Shown piece by piece: positions 10,222 through 20,899 of a stretch of 64,000 nt of DNA. Source of the DNA: an uncultured virus (IMG/VR IMGVR_UViG_3300032030_000042) (taxonomy: Duplodnaviria; Heunggongvirae; Uroviricota; Caudoviricetes); the IMG/VR virus record IMGVR_UViG_3300032030_000042. The stretch is one strand, 5' to 3'. The notes under the pieces are model-generated. The model saw only the letters and a list, made by a program, of their open reading frames with translations. It was not told where the DNA came from and ran no database searches. Position 1 is the stretch's first letter; each line of letters opens with the position of its first letter. Position numbers and translations under genes: made by a program.

Positions 10222-10686
10222 TTACCACTCTTTAATTTTGTCAATAATGTTTTGCTTAAACTCCAAGCGTCTGGCTTCTAACTGTTCGTCGGTCATTTCA
10301 GGTTCCTTTACCAAAGCAGTATAACGCTCAAAGTCTTTCTGCATCTGTTCTAGCATTGCGCCGATTTCCATACTTACTAACTGTAATTTGCGGTCTTGGT
10401 CAAAATTAAACCTAAACTCCATCTTACTAATTTGCTCAACAAAGCCAAACCCCTTTAATACAGTTAGCAACTCACCAACTTGCTTGTGCGACATAGTGGT
10501 TCTATCGTGCAATTGCTTGGTTGTAAATACCTGCTGCTCGATATGGTCAAGCGGTCTTCCTCCGTTAAGAATCATAGCAGCCTTGGTGGCTTGGTCTAAA
10601 GCATTTTTGCGGTTTTCCTCGTTTCCAAAGAACTCTCTTACCTTTTCAGCAGCCGTTGCTGGGTCAATGTTTTCCTTTTTACTCAT
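10222..10686 (-). CDS. hypothetical protein, possible winged helix + coiled coil
   Basis: FTTKQLHDRTTMSHKQVGELLTVLKGFGFVE resembles a wHTH. Confidence 0.55.
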   Translation of the reverse strand: MSKKENIDPATAAEKVREFFGNEENRKNALDQATKAAMILNGGRPLDHIEQQVFTTKQLHDRTTMSHKQVGELLTVLKGFGFVEQISKMEFRFNFDQDRKLQLVSMEIGAMLEQMQKDFERYTALVKEPEMTDEQLEARRLEFKQNIIDKIKEW

Positions 10687-10734
10687 GATTATTACGTTTT
10701 TAATTTACAATATGCTTTTATGTAATACTTGTTT

Positions 10735-11391
10735 TTACTTTACTCCACACCTGAATTCAAAGAACTCTGCTCCCCTTGCTCTAGTGTATGAATCGCTGCC
10801 TGCTCCAGCCTTTGAACGTAATTTCTTCATAAACCAGCGGAAAAGTTCAGCGGTCGCCTCAACATCATTCATTGCTCCATGAGCGTCTGCAAGTTTAATC
10901 TTTGCTCGTTCGCAGCACGCTGTTAAGTTTAATTTCTCGTCTCCTTGTATTCCAAACGCCATTTTACCAAGACCAAACGTATCAATTAAATTAGGATACA
11001 TCCAATCGGTATATGTACCAACACCAACATATTTTAGAGCATAATCAACAAACCCTATATCAAATGGAACATTATGGCCAACTGGTATCAAACGTCCCAT
11101 TTCCTTAATTTTAGTATCAGCCATATTTTGCGACCACCACTCGGTAACTACCTCAACAAAGTTCTTGATTGAAATACCTTTGTTAATATCCGACATACGA
11201 ACTTGGGTGTGTTCCAAGGCTTGTTTTTCTATTACCAAGTTGTTATATGGTTTAATATACGTTTCAAAGCGGTCTACCTCTTTCAAAGAACGTCCATCTA
11301 ACACAACAGCAGCGTATTGCGTCATTGGATTCTTATTAGGGTCTAAACCGCCAGTTTCTACATCAAATACAATGTAATTACTTTTTATCAT
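10735..11391 (-). CDS. dnaQ: DEDDh 3'-5' exonuclease (DnaQ/epsilon-like)
   Basis: FDVETGG, GHNVPFD, HGAMNDV. Confidence 0.88.
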   Translation of the reverse strand: MIKSNYIVFDVETGGLDPNKNPMTQYAAVVLDGRSLKEVDRFETYIKPYNNLVIEKQALEHTQVRMSDINKGISIKNFVEVVTEWWSQNMADTKIKEMGRLIPVGHNVPFDIGFVDYALKYVGVGTYTDWMYPNLIDTFGLGKMAFGIQGDEKLNLTACCERAKIKLADAHGAMNDVEATAELFRWFMKKLRSKAGAGSDSYTRARGAEFFEFRCGVK

Positions 11392-11475
11392 ATCTTCAAA
11401 AGTTTAATAAAAAAAACTCTACTCAGTAAGTAACTTTGTAGAACCTCTTTAAATTAAACATCAATTATCGCGGCA

Positions 11476-11994
11476 CTATTCAGGATTTTCTTGATTTTCC
11501 TGTTGCTCGATATTGTTTTCTGGTTGCTCGTTCGTTTCTTCCTGTTCCTGATTAGTAGTTTCCTGAGTTTCGGCAGTATCGTCACCTGCGTCAGATTTTT
11601 CTTTTTCCGCAATCAATTCCATTGCTGGAGAAATAATGACCTTAAAAAGAACGCACTTATCACGATGAGTGCAATTTTCGCATTCCTTAGGATCTATTAC
11701 TCTAGCACTCTTGATTAATTCGTTTAAAATGTTTTCATGACGTACATCAGTCACCTCATTTTTATCAACGAATTCTTCAATTATGCCATGAACAATTTCT
11801 TCAACTTCTTCTTTTGTCAATGGCTTAGGTTTTGGAGCAAGAAAAGAAGCGACCTCATTCATAACCTTACGAGTAGCAATCGCAGCGGTGCGATGACCGC
11901 GACGCTCATAAGTATGATTAGAAAACGAAAGTGCCTGCCAAAGTATAGCACGCTGATAACGATTAAACAATAATTTTACTAAAATTTTCTTCAT
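11476..11994 (-). CDS. hypothetical protein
   Basis: 172 aa, CxxC..C and an acidic Q/E/N tail. Confidence 0.65.
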   Translation of the reverse strand: MKKILVKLLFNRYQRAILWQALSFSNHTYERRGHRTAAIATRKVMNEVASFLAPKPKPLTKEEVEEIVHGIIEEFVDKNEVTDVRHENILNELIKSARVIDPKECENCTHRDKCVLFKVIISPAMELIAEKEKSDAGDDTAETQETTNQEQEETNEQPENNIEQQENQENPE

Positions 11995-11995
11995 G

Positions 11996-12313
11996 TTATT
12001 TATGCTTTTTAAATGTTAATAAATCAAATCCTTCCCAAGGCATCGTATTTTTAATGCTCCATTTTCCATCTTCATCTTTACGATATATTACAACGTAATG
12101 CTCATGAAACCACTTTGGGTCTTTATTAATTGCAGTTGGACTGAGTACATCGTCAAGCAACGTAGAACGTTTTTGTTCTTCCCAGGGTGCAACCTTTACT
12201 AATTCCCCAACAACATATGGTTTTGGTAAATATTTATTACAACTTTTAGATGGAAGATAACTATTAACCACGAGCATCTTCGGCATCAATTCCTTTTTTG
12301 TTATTGCTTTCAT
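11996..12313 (-). CDS. hypothetical protein
   Basis: 105-aa ORF in operon context. Confidence 0.65.
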   Translation of the reverse strand: MKAITKKELMPKMLVVNSYLPSKSCNKYLPKPYVVGELVKVAPWEEQKRSTLLDDVLSPTAINKDPKWFHEHYVVIYRKDEDGKWSIKNTMPWEGFDLLTFKKHK

Positions 12314-12347
12314 TACCTTTATTCTTTTGTTGTAAATAACTTTGTAA

Positions 12348-12381
12348 TAAAAAGAGCCGTGCGTTTTTTACACGGCTCTTT
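12348..12381 (-). terminator. intrinsic terminator after HU
   Basis: AAAGAGCCGTG/CACGGCTCTTT perfect stem. Confidence 0.8.
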
Positions 12382-12427
12382 ATTCAACCTCAGCAGCGAA
12401 ATGGAGCAACGCTACAATTTGGTTTGA

Positions 12428-12730
12428 TTACTTCTTTGCCTTTTTAGCAGGTTTCTTTTCAACCACTTGCTTCAGGCTGCTGCTAACCTTGAGGGCAAGC
12501 GTATGGCTCTCCGGGACATCCATGGGATTTCCAGTCAGGGGATTCACGCCCTTGCGAGCAGCATTGACCTTTTGCTTGAACTTGCCGAGATTGGGGATAT
12601 TAATCTCGTCACCATTGTCACGGCAGGTCTCGGTAATCACCTCAACGGCTGCATCGATTGTTTTTTCAACCTGGCTCTTGGAAAGGTCAGTTTTCTCGGC
12701 GATTGCCGCAATGAATTCACTTTTTTTCAT
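12428..12730 (-). CDS. hup: HU-family DNA-binding protein
   Basis: MKKSEFIAAIAEK..LSK, LGKF, ARKGVNPLTG..M.VP. Confidence 0.92.
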   Translation of the reverse strand: MKKSEFIAAIAEKTDLSKSQVEKTIDAAVEVITETCRDNGDEINIPNLGKFKQKVNAARKGVNPLTGNPMDVPESHTLALKVSSSLKQVVEKKPAKKAKK

Positions 12731-12780
12731 TTTATTAAATTTGATTAGTTAAACTTGAAATTGTATGTTAATTAACTTTG

Positions 12781-14136
12781 CTACATTTGTACTATCTCCG
12801 CACCCTCTTCCTGGAGTTTATCGATAAGAATATCGTAATACTTATTGCGTCGTTCTTCAGTACCAAACCAAACCGCTATATCTTTCCAGCGATTAAAGAT
12901 AATTCCATATTGCCAATGTGCTTTTGGTTTCTCAATAAACCGCTTATCTTTTTCTATCGCAGTGATTAAAGTGCTTGGTATTAACATGCCTTCTTCTACA
13001 AAGTGTATCCATTTACCGCGCAATATCTTTACTTGCTTTTCTTCTCTATATTCGTTTTGACCTGCCATAACTAATCAATCAAAGTTTCTACTTGTTCTTT
13101 AACAAATTTTTGTAATTTCTCATAGTCTTCACAAAGCGGCATTTCCTTACCCTTAATAATCATCTTGCGAAAACTTTTATCGTAAACGTCAAATTTTTTA
13201 ACAAGTTCCTTTGCGTCGTGTTTAATATTGTGGTGATATAAACCATATTTTTCTAACAACGCAATATTTTCCTCTATATACAAATCGCCAAGCGTGAAGA
13301 GCAGATACGCTATACTGGCGCATTTATTGCTTCGGGCAAGGTCTGGGCTATTGATAAAACGTTCCTTTGGTGTCATTTTCTTACAGTATCGTAATACGTT
13401 TCTTTTAATTCATAGGAAGTAACCTTGTAAACGCTGTATTGGCTATTACTTTCTATGCGTTGCTTATACACTATACTTGTTGGCGACTTACGTTCTAAAC
13501 GACTGCAACTGGAAAATAAGCATGCTACAACGATAGCAGCGAACATTACCGCAAATAGTATTACAATCATACAACCACGACTTACAAGGCGATATAAATC
13601 CTCGTCCTGACGTTGCTGCAATTCCTCGTCACGCCACTGATTTACTTTGCGACGATATTCCTCATCTATTTCTTGATTATTCATTTACTTGGCGAATTTT
13701 AAGGTTATTGACTTTGGCGTACATATTTCGTACCTTACTTTCTACCTCTTCCTGCGAATTGGCTTCAATGTATTCCGTTTGTTTTGTTATTTGACCACGC
13801 TCCTCTTTAGAGCCAAAGAACTTTGCTTTGTATAACATACTATTTTCCTTTTTAGTATAATTCATTTAATTGAGCATTAGTAACCCTAACGCTCGTATCT
13901 GTAAATTCCATAATCAATTTCTTAGCAAACTCTATATGCTCCGTTGCCTCTTTATGTAGGTTTGCCCCTATTAATTCCTCTGCATCGGAGAGGTGGCTCA
14001 TAATAGCCATTCTTACTGATATTTCCATATGGCGATTTTTATATTCTTGTATTACCTTTATACTCTTGAGTGAAGCATTAAGTTCCCTAGCGATTTGCTC
14101 CAGTTCTGGAAGTGCTTCAGTTATCGTCTTGTTCAT
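12781..14136 (-). CDS. five tightly packed small hypothetical ORFs (12781-13068, 13071-13376, 13373-13684, 13677-13865, 13852-14136)
   Basis: abutting or overlapping start/stop codons; 13373-13684 has a TM helix ending LFSSC. Confidence 0.65.
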
Positions 14137-14423
14137 TATTTAATCCTATCTTTTTTACAAAGTAACGCATCACCAACAATATAGTCGGCAGGATAGACAT
14201 AAGTATGATACCATTGAGTGGCTCGCTCATTAAGGTCTTTGTGTTTTAACTTACCCTCCTCGTCAACAATAAGAATATTACCATCATCACCTTGACATAT
14301 TTGTATATACCCTCCAACAATTTCTCGTAATTCTTCTAGTTTATAATCCTTATCGTTTTTGGGAGCAATACGCTCAACCTCGCCATTCGAACGATAAATT
14401 ATATCATAATCTTGATAATCCAT
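14136..14423 (-). CDS. DUF3846-like protein
   Basis: LEELREIVGGYI...VDEEGKLK..LNERAT...IVGD. Confidence 0.75.
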   Translation of the reverse strand: MDYQDYDIIYRSNGEVERIAPKNDKDYKLEELREIVGGYIQICQGDDGNILIVDEEGKLKHKDLNERATQWYHTYVYPADYIVGDALLCKKDRIK

Positions 14424-14428
14424 ATTAA

Positions 14429-14884
14429 TTAATGTTTTATTGACTTTTTAAACTTTGTGAAATATATTCCTCCATAAACACCCCAACGCTCGCAAATAGC
14501 CATAACTTCTGTAACAGCGTATTCACCCAAAGCAACGTATTCTATTTCCTCCGGATTGGAATTTAATACCAGCTCATTTGTGGCGTCAAAATATTTCCCC
14601 TTATACTCGTTCCAAGCGTGCTCTATACTGAAGCCAAATGGCGCAAATTTCCCTTCAATATATTTACATTCCGGGATAGCACAAGATATTAAAGTAGCGT
14701 TTCTATAACATTCCTTCTGGCGTAAGTCAAGGCTGCGTATAATATCAATTTGCGCCTTGGTAAGTACGTCGGTCAACTTTACTACCTTAACGGCATGAGC
14801 ATCCCTTAACATCTGGTCAAAGTAATTTCGCTGACGACCTGATGTAAGAGACGCAAAACCCTTTAATTCTTCTATTATCGACAT
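14429..14884 (-). CDS. hypothetical phage protein with a Cys-His-Asp (papain/transglutaminase-like) pattern
   Basis: ECYRNA...YIEG...EHAWN...YFDAT. Confidence 0.55.
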   Translation of the reverse strand: MSIIEELKGFASLTSGRQRNYFDQMLRDAHAVKVVKLTDVLTKAQIDIIRSLDLRQKECYRNATLISCAIPECKYIEGKFAPFGFSIEHAWNEYKGKYFDATNELVLNSNPEEIEYVALGEYAVTEVMAICERWGVYGGIYFTKFKKSIKH

Positions 14885-14892
14885 AACTCAGT

Positions 14893-15096
14893 TTATAACT
14901 TTATATCGTTTCCCAAATCGTCTTTTTTACGATTAGTTGTAATTGGTATAGCACGCACTATAACGCTTCTTCTAACAACATGCGCCTTTCCGCAATATTG
15001 ACAAGCATAAATATTAGAACCAAATATTTCAGCATTGGCCGCTGCACGACCATCGGTATCCATTTCTTTACCGCAATTTGAACACTTAAAAGACAT
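14893..15096 (-). CDS. small zinc-ribbon protein
   Basis: CSNCG...CQYCG. Confidence 0.65.
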   Translation of the reverse strand: MSFKCSNCGKEMDTDGRAAANAEIFGSNIYACQYCGKAHVVRRSVIVRAIPITTNRKKDDLGNDIKL

Positions 15097-15157
15097 AACT
15101 ACTTATTAAATTTTGTAAATATCAGAACCAACTCTTTGTAATATGTAATCATAATGC

Positions 15158-16033
15158 TTACTTATCAAAGATATTCAAACGACCTGAATCAATGGTAATC
15201 TTACGCATATAGCGGACGAACAGCGCACGTAATACCTTATCATCTGCATTGCCATGATAGTTGCCTTCACCATCTACCCACTGGTGCTTTTCTGGGTCAA
15301 CGCGATATCCCTTTTTCAGATTTTTATACGCCTTTTCCTGGGGTACAGAAAGTTTAGAACCGAGTTTGGTACGTGCGGCAGTGTCAAGAAACATTTCTAC
15401 AGTAATCTTTATTGGTTTTGGCTTTACCTCAACCGCCTTTTCTTTCTTTTCAGGCTTCAGTTCGGCAACCGCTTCAGGCTTGGCGGTCTTATGGTATTTA
15501 CCATTCATGCTCTTCCAGTCGAACATCCCTGGACGCCACTCTGTCCATACCCACTTGCCGTTCGGATGGATGTCGCCCACGTTATGCGTCGTATGAGTCG
15601 TCTTACGTTCCTTCGGCTCACCCTTAACCGCAGCAGGAGGAATATCGTCACCTGCGGCATGTTTAGTAGTTGCCTGACGCTTCTTATTTCCTACTGCGTC
15701 CTGACGTTCTACATTTTCTTCATTAACCTTTTTAATCTGCTGAACAACGAGGTCATTAATGCGGTCGTCAATTACCGCTAAAACCTCTGCGTGTAACTCA
15801 CCCTGAGGTTCTTTTTCTAACTCCCTTAATTCTTGAAGTTTTTCAACCTCCCACCAAATCTCAATAGCACGCTTGGCTACTGGTTTTGCCGCTTTGTAGG
15901 CGATACGCTTTTTGGCGGAAATGCTGGACATCTTCGTGTCAACGATTGCATTGAGTTTTACCAGACGCTCATCTTTGGCGTAGTTGGCTAATTCAGCCTG
16001 ATTTTCCTGAGTTTTTCGATTTTTTTGCTCCAT
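15158..16033 (-). CDS. basic hypothetical protein
   Basis: 291 aa with a Trp-rich module VGDIHPNGKWVWTEWRPGMFDWK; directly after repeat copy 2. Confidence 0.7.
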   Translation of the reverse strand: MEQKNRKTQENQAELANYAKDERLVKLNAIVDTKMSSISAKKRIAYKAAKPVAKRAIEIWWEVEKLQELRELEKEPQGELHAEVLAVIDDRINDLVVQQIKKVNEENVERQDAVGNKKRQATTKHAAGDDIPPAAVKGEPKERKTTHTTHNVGDIHPNGKWVWTEWRPGMFDWKSMNGKYHKTAKPEAVAELKPEKKEKAVEVKPKPIKITVEMFLDTAARTKLGSKLSVPQEKAYKNLKKGYRVDPEKHQWVDGEGNYHGNADDKVLRALFVRYMRKITIDSGRLNIFDK

Positions 16034-16039
16034 TTTGTT

Positions 16040-16175
16040 AATCTCCTATTTTTATTTTATATTTTATTCTACAGATAGATACAGCAGTTTTTACACTGTT
16101 TTTAACCATATCTTTCTGAAGTAAAAATACTAAATATTTTCCAAATAAAAAGAAAAATCTTCGTTTTTACCAAAT
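16040..16175 (-). repeat. conserved intergenic element copy 2
   Basis: TACTAAATATTTTCCAAATAAAAAGAAAAATCTTCGTTTTTACC plus AGATAC...TATCT. Confidence 0.85.
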
Positions 16176-16180
16176 TTTTT

Positions 16181-16435
16181 TTAATTATGGTACCAAGCAT
16201 CTGTACAATCAACTTTCGTTTTTGTAAACTTAATGTTCGATTTCTTTACCCAGAGTTCTTTACCTACCGCAATTTCCGTATTGCTACTGGTAATCCTGAT
16301 ATGGTACTGCGTAGGTGATTCATCAAATACCAAGCATCCTATTTTTACAGGAAGCGAAACTACTTGCCCAAACATGTACTTACGATAGTAGTAAGTTGCT
16401 TGCTGCGGTTGTTCGTATGTAACTTTTTTAGCCAT
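16181..16435 (-). CDS. hypothetical protein (SH3-like beta barrel?)
   Basis: 84 aa, ELWVKKSNI. Confidence 0.55.
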   Translation of the reverse strand: MAKKVTYEQPQQATYYYRKYMFGQVVSLPVKIGCLVFDESPTQYHIRITSSNTEIAVGKELWVKKSNIKFTKTKVDCTDAWYHN

Positions 16436-16473
16436 AAAAACTGATGTTTGTTTTGATAAAAAACTTTGGTAAT

Positions 16474-16522
16474 AAAAAAGTGACCGCCAGGAACGTTCTC
16501 TTTATATATTCCAGGCGGTCAC
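16474..16522 (-). terminator. strong intrinsic terminator
   Basis: GTGACCGCC/GGCGGTCAC stem followed by U6 on the minus strand. Confidence 0.8.
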
Positions 16523-16835
16523 AAGTCAGGATTATTTTATACTTGAAATGTTATATGATGCATAGTCTTAACTATCTCACTAAAATTAAGAGTGCAACTC
16601 AAATAATTATCTAGGTATCATTCCAATAAGCAAGCAAATGCTTAAACCGCTCGACTGCAGCGGCATCTTTTGTACTCCAATCACTGGTCGGCGGAATGAA
16701 ATTATACGTGACGGAGGAGTTAATAAAATAGAGAACATTGAAAGAAACAAATACGACTCCAGCGTCGTCGCTCGGTGCAGATGCCGGAAATAAAAGTGAG
16801 ATACGTCGTATTATGTTTCTTAGGATTTTCATACT
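16477..16835 (-). ncRNA. candidate large structured ncRNA
   Basis: lies between the CAAAGTTA motif (16841-16848) and a terminator; 16-bp stem plus three long-range pairings of 7-9 bp. Confidence 0.55.
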
Positions 16836-16849
16836 GTATATAACTTTGG

Positions 16850-18079
16850 CTACTTTTTTATCTCGCCAGTATAGTAATCTTTATTGCGGTTCTTATATCC
16901 TTTTACCTTACTTTTACTCGGTAAATCCTCGTCATGGAAACGACCTCGTGAATTACGATTTACCGCTTTCTCTCCATCTTCCACTTCATCACGATTAAGG
17001 TTTCCCCTCTGGTCCCAAAAGTTTTGTTTAGCAGCAAGGTTTTCTTTTTGCTGGCGTAACTTATCAAGGAATAATTTCTTAATATTTTGCGCTGACGAAT
17101 GCTGCTCTGAAGTCACATCCTCTGCTTGTACGTCCATAGTATTACTTTCTGCTTCACGTTCAATCTTTGTAAAATCGTACTGCATTGAGGATGGATAAAC
17201 CATTTCTTGGCTTTTATCTAAATCACCGGAAATCTCCATGAATTTAGCATAATAACTATTATGTAATCCGGCAATAAGTTTCTGTGGGTCATAATTCATA
17301 CGAGCCGCAATGCGTCCAAGAACTATTTCCTTCAGATTTATAGTCTTCAATATCTGGGCTTGTATATGTTCCTGAATCGTTACTTCTATATTAACATCCA
17401 ATGCACCATTTATATTGACTATATCGCCCTCGGCTTCCTTCCTTATCTGCTCCAGCGTGCGTAGCATAGCGTTATATGCGTCAATTTGATTGAAAGTGAT
17501 GTAGCGATTTTTCATCTTGGAATACATCCACGCTAATTCCTCCAGGCGTGGACGTTTATTGTAGAGCCGAACATCAGTAACTTTCTGGCGGAATTCATCA
17601 CGTTTCTTTTCAATTTCTACAATATGCTTTTTCAATACCTTTGTAACATCCTCCTCGTTTATGATAATTCCATTATCTTCGCCCATTATACGGACTACCT
17701 CAGGAATTGTAAACATACGCCCTAACAATTCTATGATATCCTCTTCGAATGGCGTTATTTTCCATAATTCCTTTGTATTTTTATCCCTACCGCCTAATCT
17801 ACCTGCCCTGCCGTATGCCTTTGCCTTAGCAGCATTTGCCTTGCAGCGCATCTGATTATGCTCGTGCTTGAGTTCAAAAATATGTTCCTGTTCCGTAGGT
17901 GATAAATGTTCAATATGCTTCCGTAATTTATCTGGAAACATAGTAATGTTAATTTCATCGCCCTGACTGGAGGTATAAATTACGTTGCGTAACGTAGGAT
18001 GGTTTTGTAAAGCATACCATTTCAAATACGCTTTTGGGTCAACAACGTCCTCTGGGATAGCAATTGTGCGTTTTTCCAT
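16850..18079 (-). CDS. hypothetical protein, DUF2280-like / possible terminase small subunit
   Basis: HTH-like FTIPEVVRIM then KRDEF...NKRPRLEEL..MY...LEQIRKEAEG. Confidence 0.45.
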   Translation of the reverse strand: MEKRTIAIPEDVVDPKAYLKWYALQNHPTLRNVIYTSSQGDEINITMFPDKLRKHIEHLSPTEQEHIFELKHEHNQMRCKANAAKAKAYGRAGRLGGRDKNTKELWKITPFEEDIIELLGRMFTIPEVVRIMGEDNGIIINEEDVTKVLKKHIVEIEKKRDEFRQKVTDVRLYNKRPRLEELAWMYSKMKNRYITFNQIDAYNAMLRTLEQIRKEAEGDIVNINGALDVNIEVTIQEHIQAQILKTINLKEIVLGRIAARMNYDPQKLIAGLHNSYYAKFMEISGDLDKSQEMVYPSSMQYDFTKIEREAESNTMDVQAEDVTSEQHSSAQNIKKLFLDKLRQQKENLAAKQNFWDQRGNLNRDEVEDGEKAVNRNSRGRFHDEDLPSKSKVKGYKNRNKDYYTGEIKK

Positions 18080-18171
18080 TTTGATTTACAATATTATTTT
18101 TTACACAATAATAGTTGTTATTATAAAACATATATTGCTATCTTTGTTAATTTACCCTATTTTTAACAAAA

Positions 18172-18202
18172 TAAAAAAGGAGCAAGCGTTTTTGCCTACT
18201 CC
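18172..18202 (-). terminator. probable intrinsic terminator
   Basis: GGAG..../..CTCC imperfect stem with U6 on the minus strand. Confidence 0.45.
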
Positions 18203-18238
18203 CAAACAAAACTATTGGAGATTAACGCAAATGGCGTT

Positions 18239-19208
18239 TTAGGTAATTACTTTTTTATAAATGTTTATCCAATACTCCAAAGAATCTGGACAATTAACAG
18301 TTTCAAGATACCAATGGCTGTATTCAATTATCGCAGTATCTTCATTATCTTCAGAATAGCATCTAATAGCATCTGAAAGTGCATTACGCTCTTTTTCAAC
18401 AATGCTAATACGAGAAATCAATTCATCGTTTTCTTTTCTTGTACTAATACTAAAATTTATCAATTGCCATAATGCTGCACCTATTATGGAATTGATAATA
18501 ATAACTATTATTTTACCTTTCATTTTTCAATCCTCCATTTTCTGTTTTATGAAAACTTGCATTCCTGTAATGCTAAATTTGATATTACCTATACAATGGG
18601 ATAAATTACCAGTTGTAACCTTATCTAAATCTTTTTTAAGATTGTCGCAATCAGAATACAGAGTTTTAAGCAAACCCATATCCAGCTTTTTCTGCCATTG
18701 ACCACCCCATAATGCAGCCTCGACAAATAATTCTCTATCTTCATTATAACATTCTGGAGGTTCATAATCTCCACCGATATTTAATGCAGGACAATTCCTA
18801 TATCTTTTACATGCTTCCTTTGTGGCTGCTTCTTTCAAATCCTCGCTTGGCTGCTCGACTGGAAGAGAATTATTAATGAAATATTCAATGCAATTAAGTG
18901 CATTATTATAACCCTGCTCAAACTCATCGACGTGCTTGCTATTGAACCGAAGCTCGTTTATTTTAGCTAAAATCAATTCTTTTATCATTTCATTTCAAGT
19001 TTTTTTAAGAAGTCTCCTTCTCATAAATAACAATAATATGATTACATTCTGTTTGAGGTACATACGGGTAAGAAATCTTAATCCGCCATCCAGAATTTAT
19101 CATCTCAGTAATGTGCTTCTGTGATTTTGAAATACCCTCACAAAAATAATACGGATAATCAACAAACCTTTGCTCTGTCATTTTTATATTTTTAAGTTGT
19201 TTACTCAA
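18239..19208 (-). CDS. three small hypothetical ORFs (18239-18523 with N-terminal TM, 18527-18988, 19005-19208)
   Basis: closely spaced ORFs on the coding strand. Confidence 0.6.
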
Positions 19209-19741
19209 CCCTTTAATAATTCGGGATTATCCCATTTGTTACCTACAATAGTTAATCCAACAATTCGATAGTCACCTAATTGGAAGTATTGCTTACGTGA
19301 AGGGTGATTTTTTGAACGGGGATTAACGTTGTGTAAACAATAGCCATAATTTCGTTTTGACCATTCTACAACAGCCGTTACAAGGTATTCATTTGGATTA
19401 TTATAAGTTGGATTAGGAATATACTTGAAATTGCAAATATCTCCACTAAAAATCTCATTCATACCGTTTTTATCTTTCAATCCAGTATACTGACAAATAG
19501 TGGCTTGATCTACTAAAAAAATGTTCTCATTAAGCGTATGTAGAATGCCCATTGGAGGCACATCTTTGTTTCCCCTGCCAACCTCCTCGATAGGGCAGAT
19601 ACAAGAGGCAATCCTTCCATTAATAAGCATTTGTACCAATGAGCCATACACCCATTGTCCATCATCTAATCGTTTTCCTCTGAATAAAATTTCGAAATAC
19701 AAAGGCAATAGACTTCCAATTTCATATCTTTTTTTTATCAT
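19205..19741 (-). CDS. YopX-family protein
   Basis: ILFRGKR.D.GQWVYG...QYTGLKDKNG..IFSGDI...IVGNKWDNPELL. Confidence 0.85.
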   Translation of the reverse strand: MIKKRYEIGSLLPLYFEILFRGKRLDDGQWVYGSLVQMLINGRIASCICPIEEVGRGNKDVPPMGILHTLNENIFLVDQATICQYTGLKDKNGMNEIFSGDICNFKYIPNPTYNNPNEYLVTAVVEWSKRNYGYCLHNVNPRSKNHPSRKQYFQLGDYRIVGLTIVGNKWDNPELLKG

Positions 19742-19757
19742 ACAAAATATGTTTCTA

Positions 19758-20809
19758 TTATATTATATCAAATCCTGTTTTAACTTTAACCACCTTTCCA
19801 TTTTCATATATAACCATTGCTGGAATTGAAGAAGTATCGGATAAATCCGCAATAAGTTCCTCTTCATCTTCACACGCTAATTCCTCATCACTTAAATCTT
19901 CAAATTCAACTATACATTGTTTATCATACAACCTTATATATCCATTCAACACAAATTCCAAACCATTTGCATGATGTCTTATTTGTTGTACTTCATCAAC
20001 AGAATAACTTTTTACTTCCTGAAACTTACCGTCCAACCACTTTTTTACAATTATCTTTTTCATAGTTATTTAAGTTTTACAATCTTACTTTCAAGCATTT
20101 CTATTACAAGTTTTGGAAGACTACCACCTACAAAACAATATCTTTTTCCATTTTCAATAACATTCGTTTTTAAACACCAACTCTTATCTTCATACGAAAC
20201 TTTTATGCCGTTATTTTCAAGTATATCTACAATTCTGGTTATTGACCAACAAGGAAGCACTTGTTTGATTTTTGTAGATTCCGCGTATTTAGGAATTATC
20301 CAATCTTTAGCCGGAGTTATTGTTAAAACATATCTTGAATCGTTAAAATCGTATGCATAACTCATATCAGCCGTTTCAATAGATAATCCCTCTTCAGCAA
20401 ACTTTTTACTTTCTTCTAAAGTTGTGTATCCTAATCTGTATTTTCCCATAAATTAATCTCCAATATTGTTTTACAAATCTCTTTTATTTACGCTATAAAT
20501 TTCATCCAAAGCATTTTCTAATGAGTCAATTTTGCTTTCATATTCGTAAAAATGAATTGTATCTCCAAAATTGAAATATAGAATTGCCTTTAACTCTTCA
20601 ATGTATTCTTTTTGGGTGCATATATATTCATTGTAAACGAATGAGGCTCTTTTATAATCTATCTTATCTACCATCTTTTTAGGTATCAAACTATCTAAAA
20701 AGATGATTAAAATGATAGAGAACGCTAAACAAATCCACGACAATATTCCAATTATCTTTGTCTTTTCCTCTTCACTTTTAACCTTACTATATATCATATT
20801 CTTCTTCAT
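19758..20809 (-). CDS. three small hypothetical ORFs (19758-20063, 20066-20449, 20471-20809 with TM)
   Basis: operon-like spacing. Confidence 0.6.
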
Positions 20810-20873
20810 CTGATATCAACATTTTTACAAGTTTTTTAAAAAACAAAATCAAAGCAATAAAAATTATTACTAC

Positions 20874-20890
20874 TGCCAAAATTATAAAAA
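20874..20890 (-). promoter_or_regulatory. possible Bacteroidota-type -7 promoter element
   Basis: intergenic TATAATTTTGGC on the minus strand contains TAnnTTTG. Confidence 0.35.
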
Positions 20891-20899
20891 ATACTTTTT

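Noticed and set aside
16611..16832. 73-aa minus-strand ORF (and plus ORF 16738-16998)
   Set aside because: No recognisable protein features, and the region is dominated by base-pairing signals; not fully excluded
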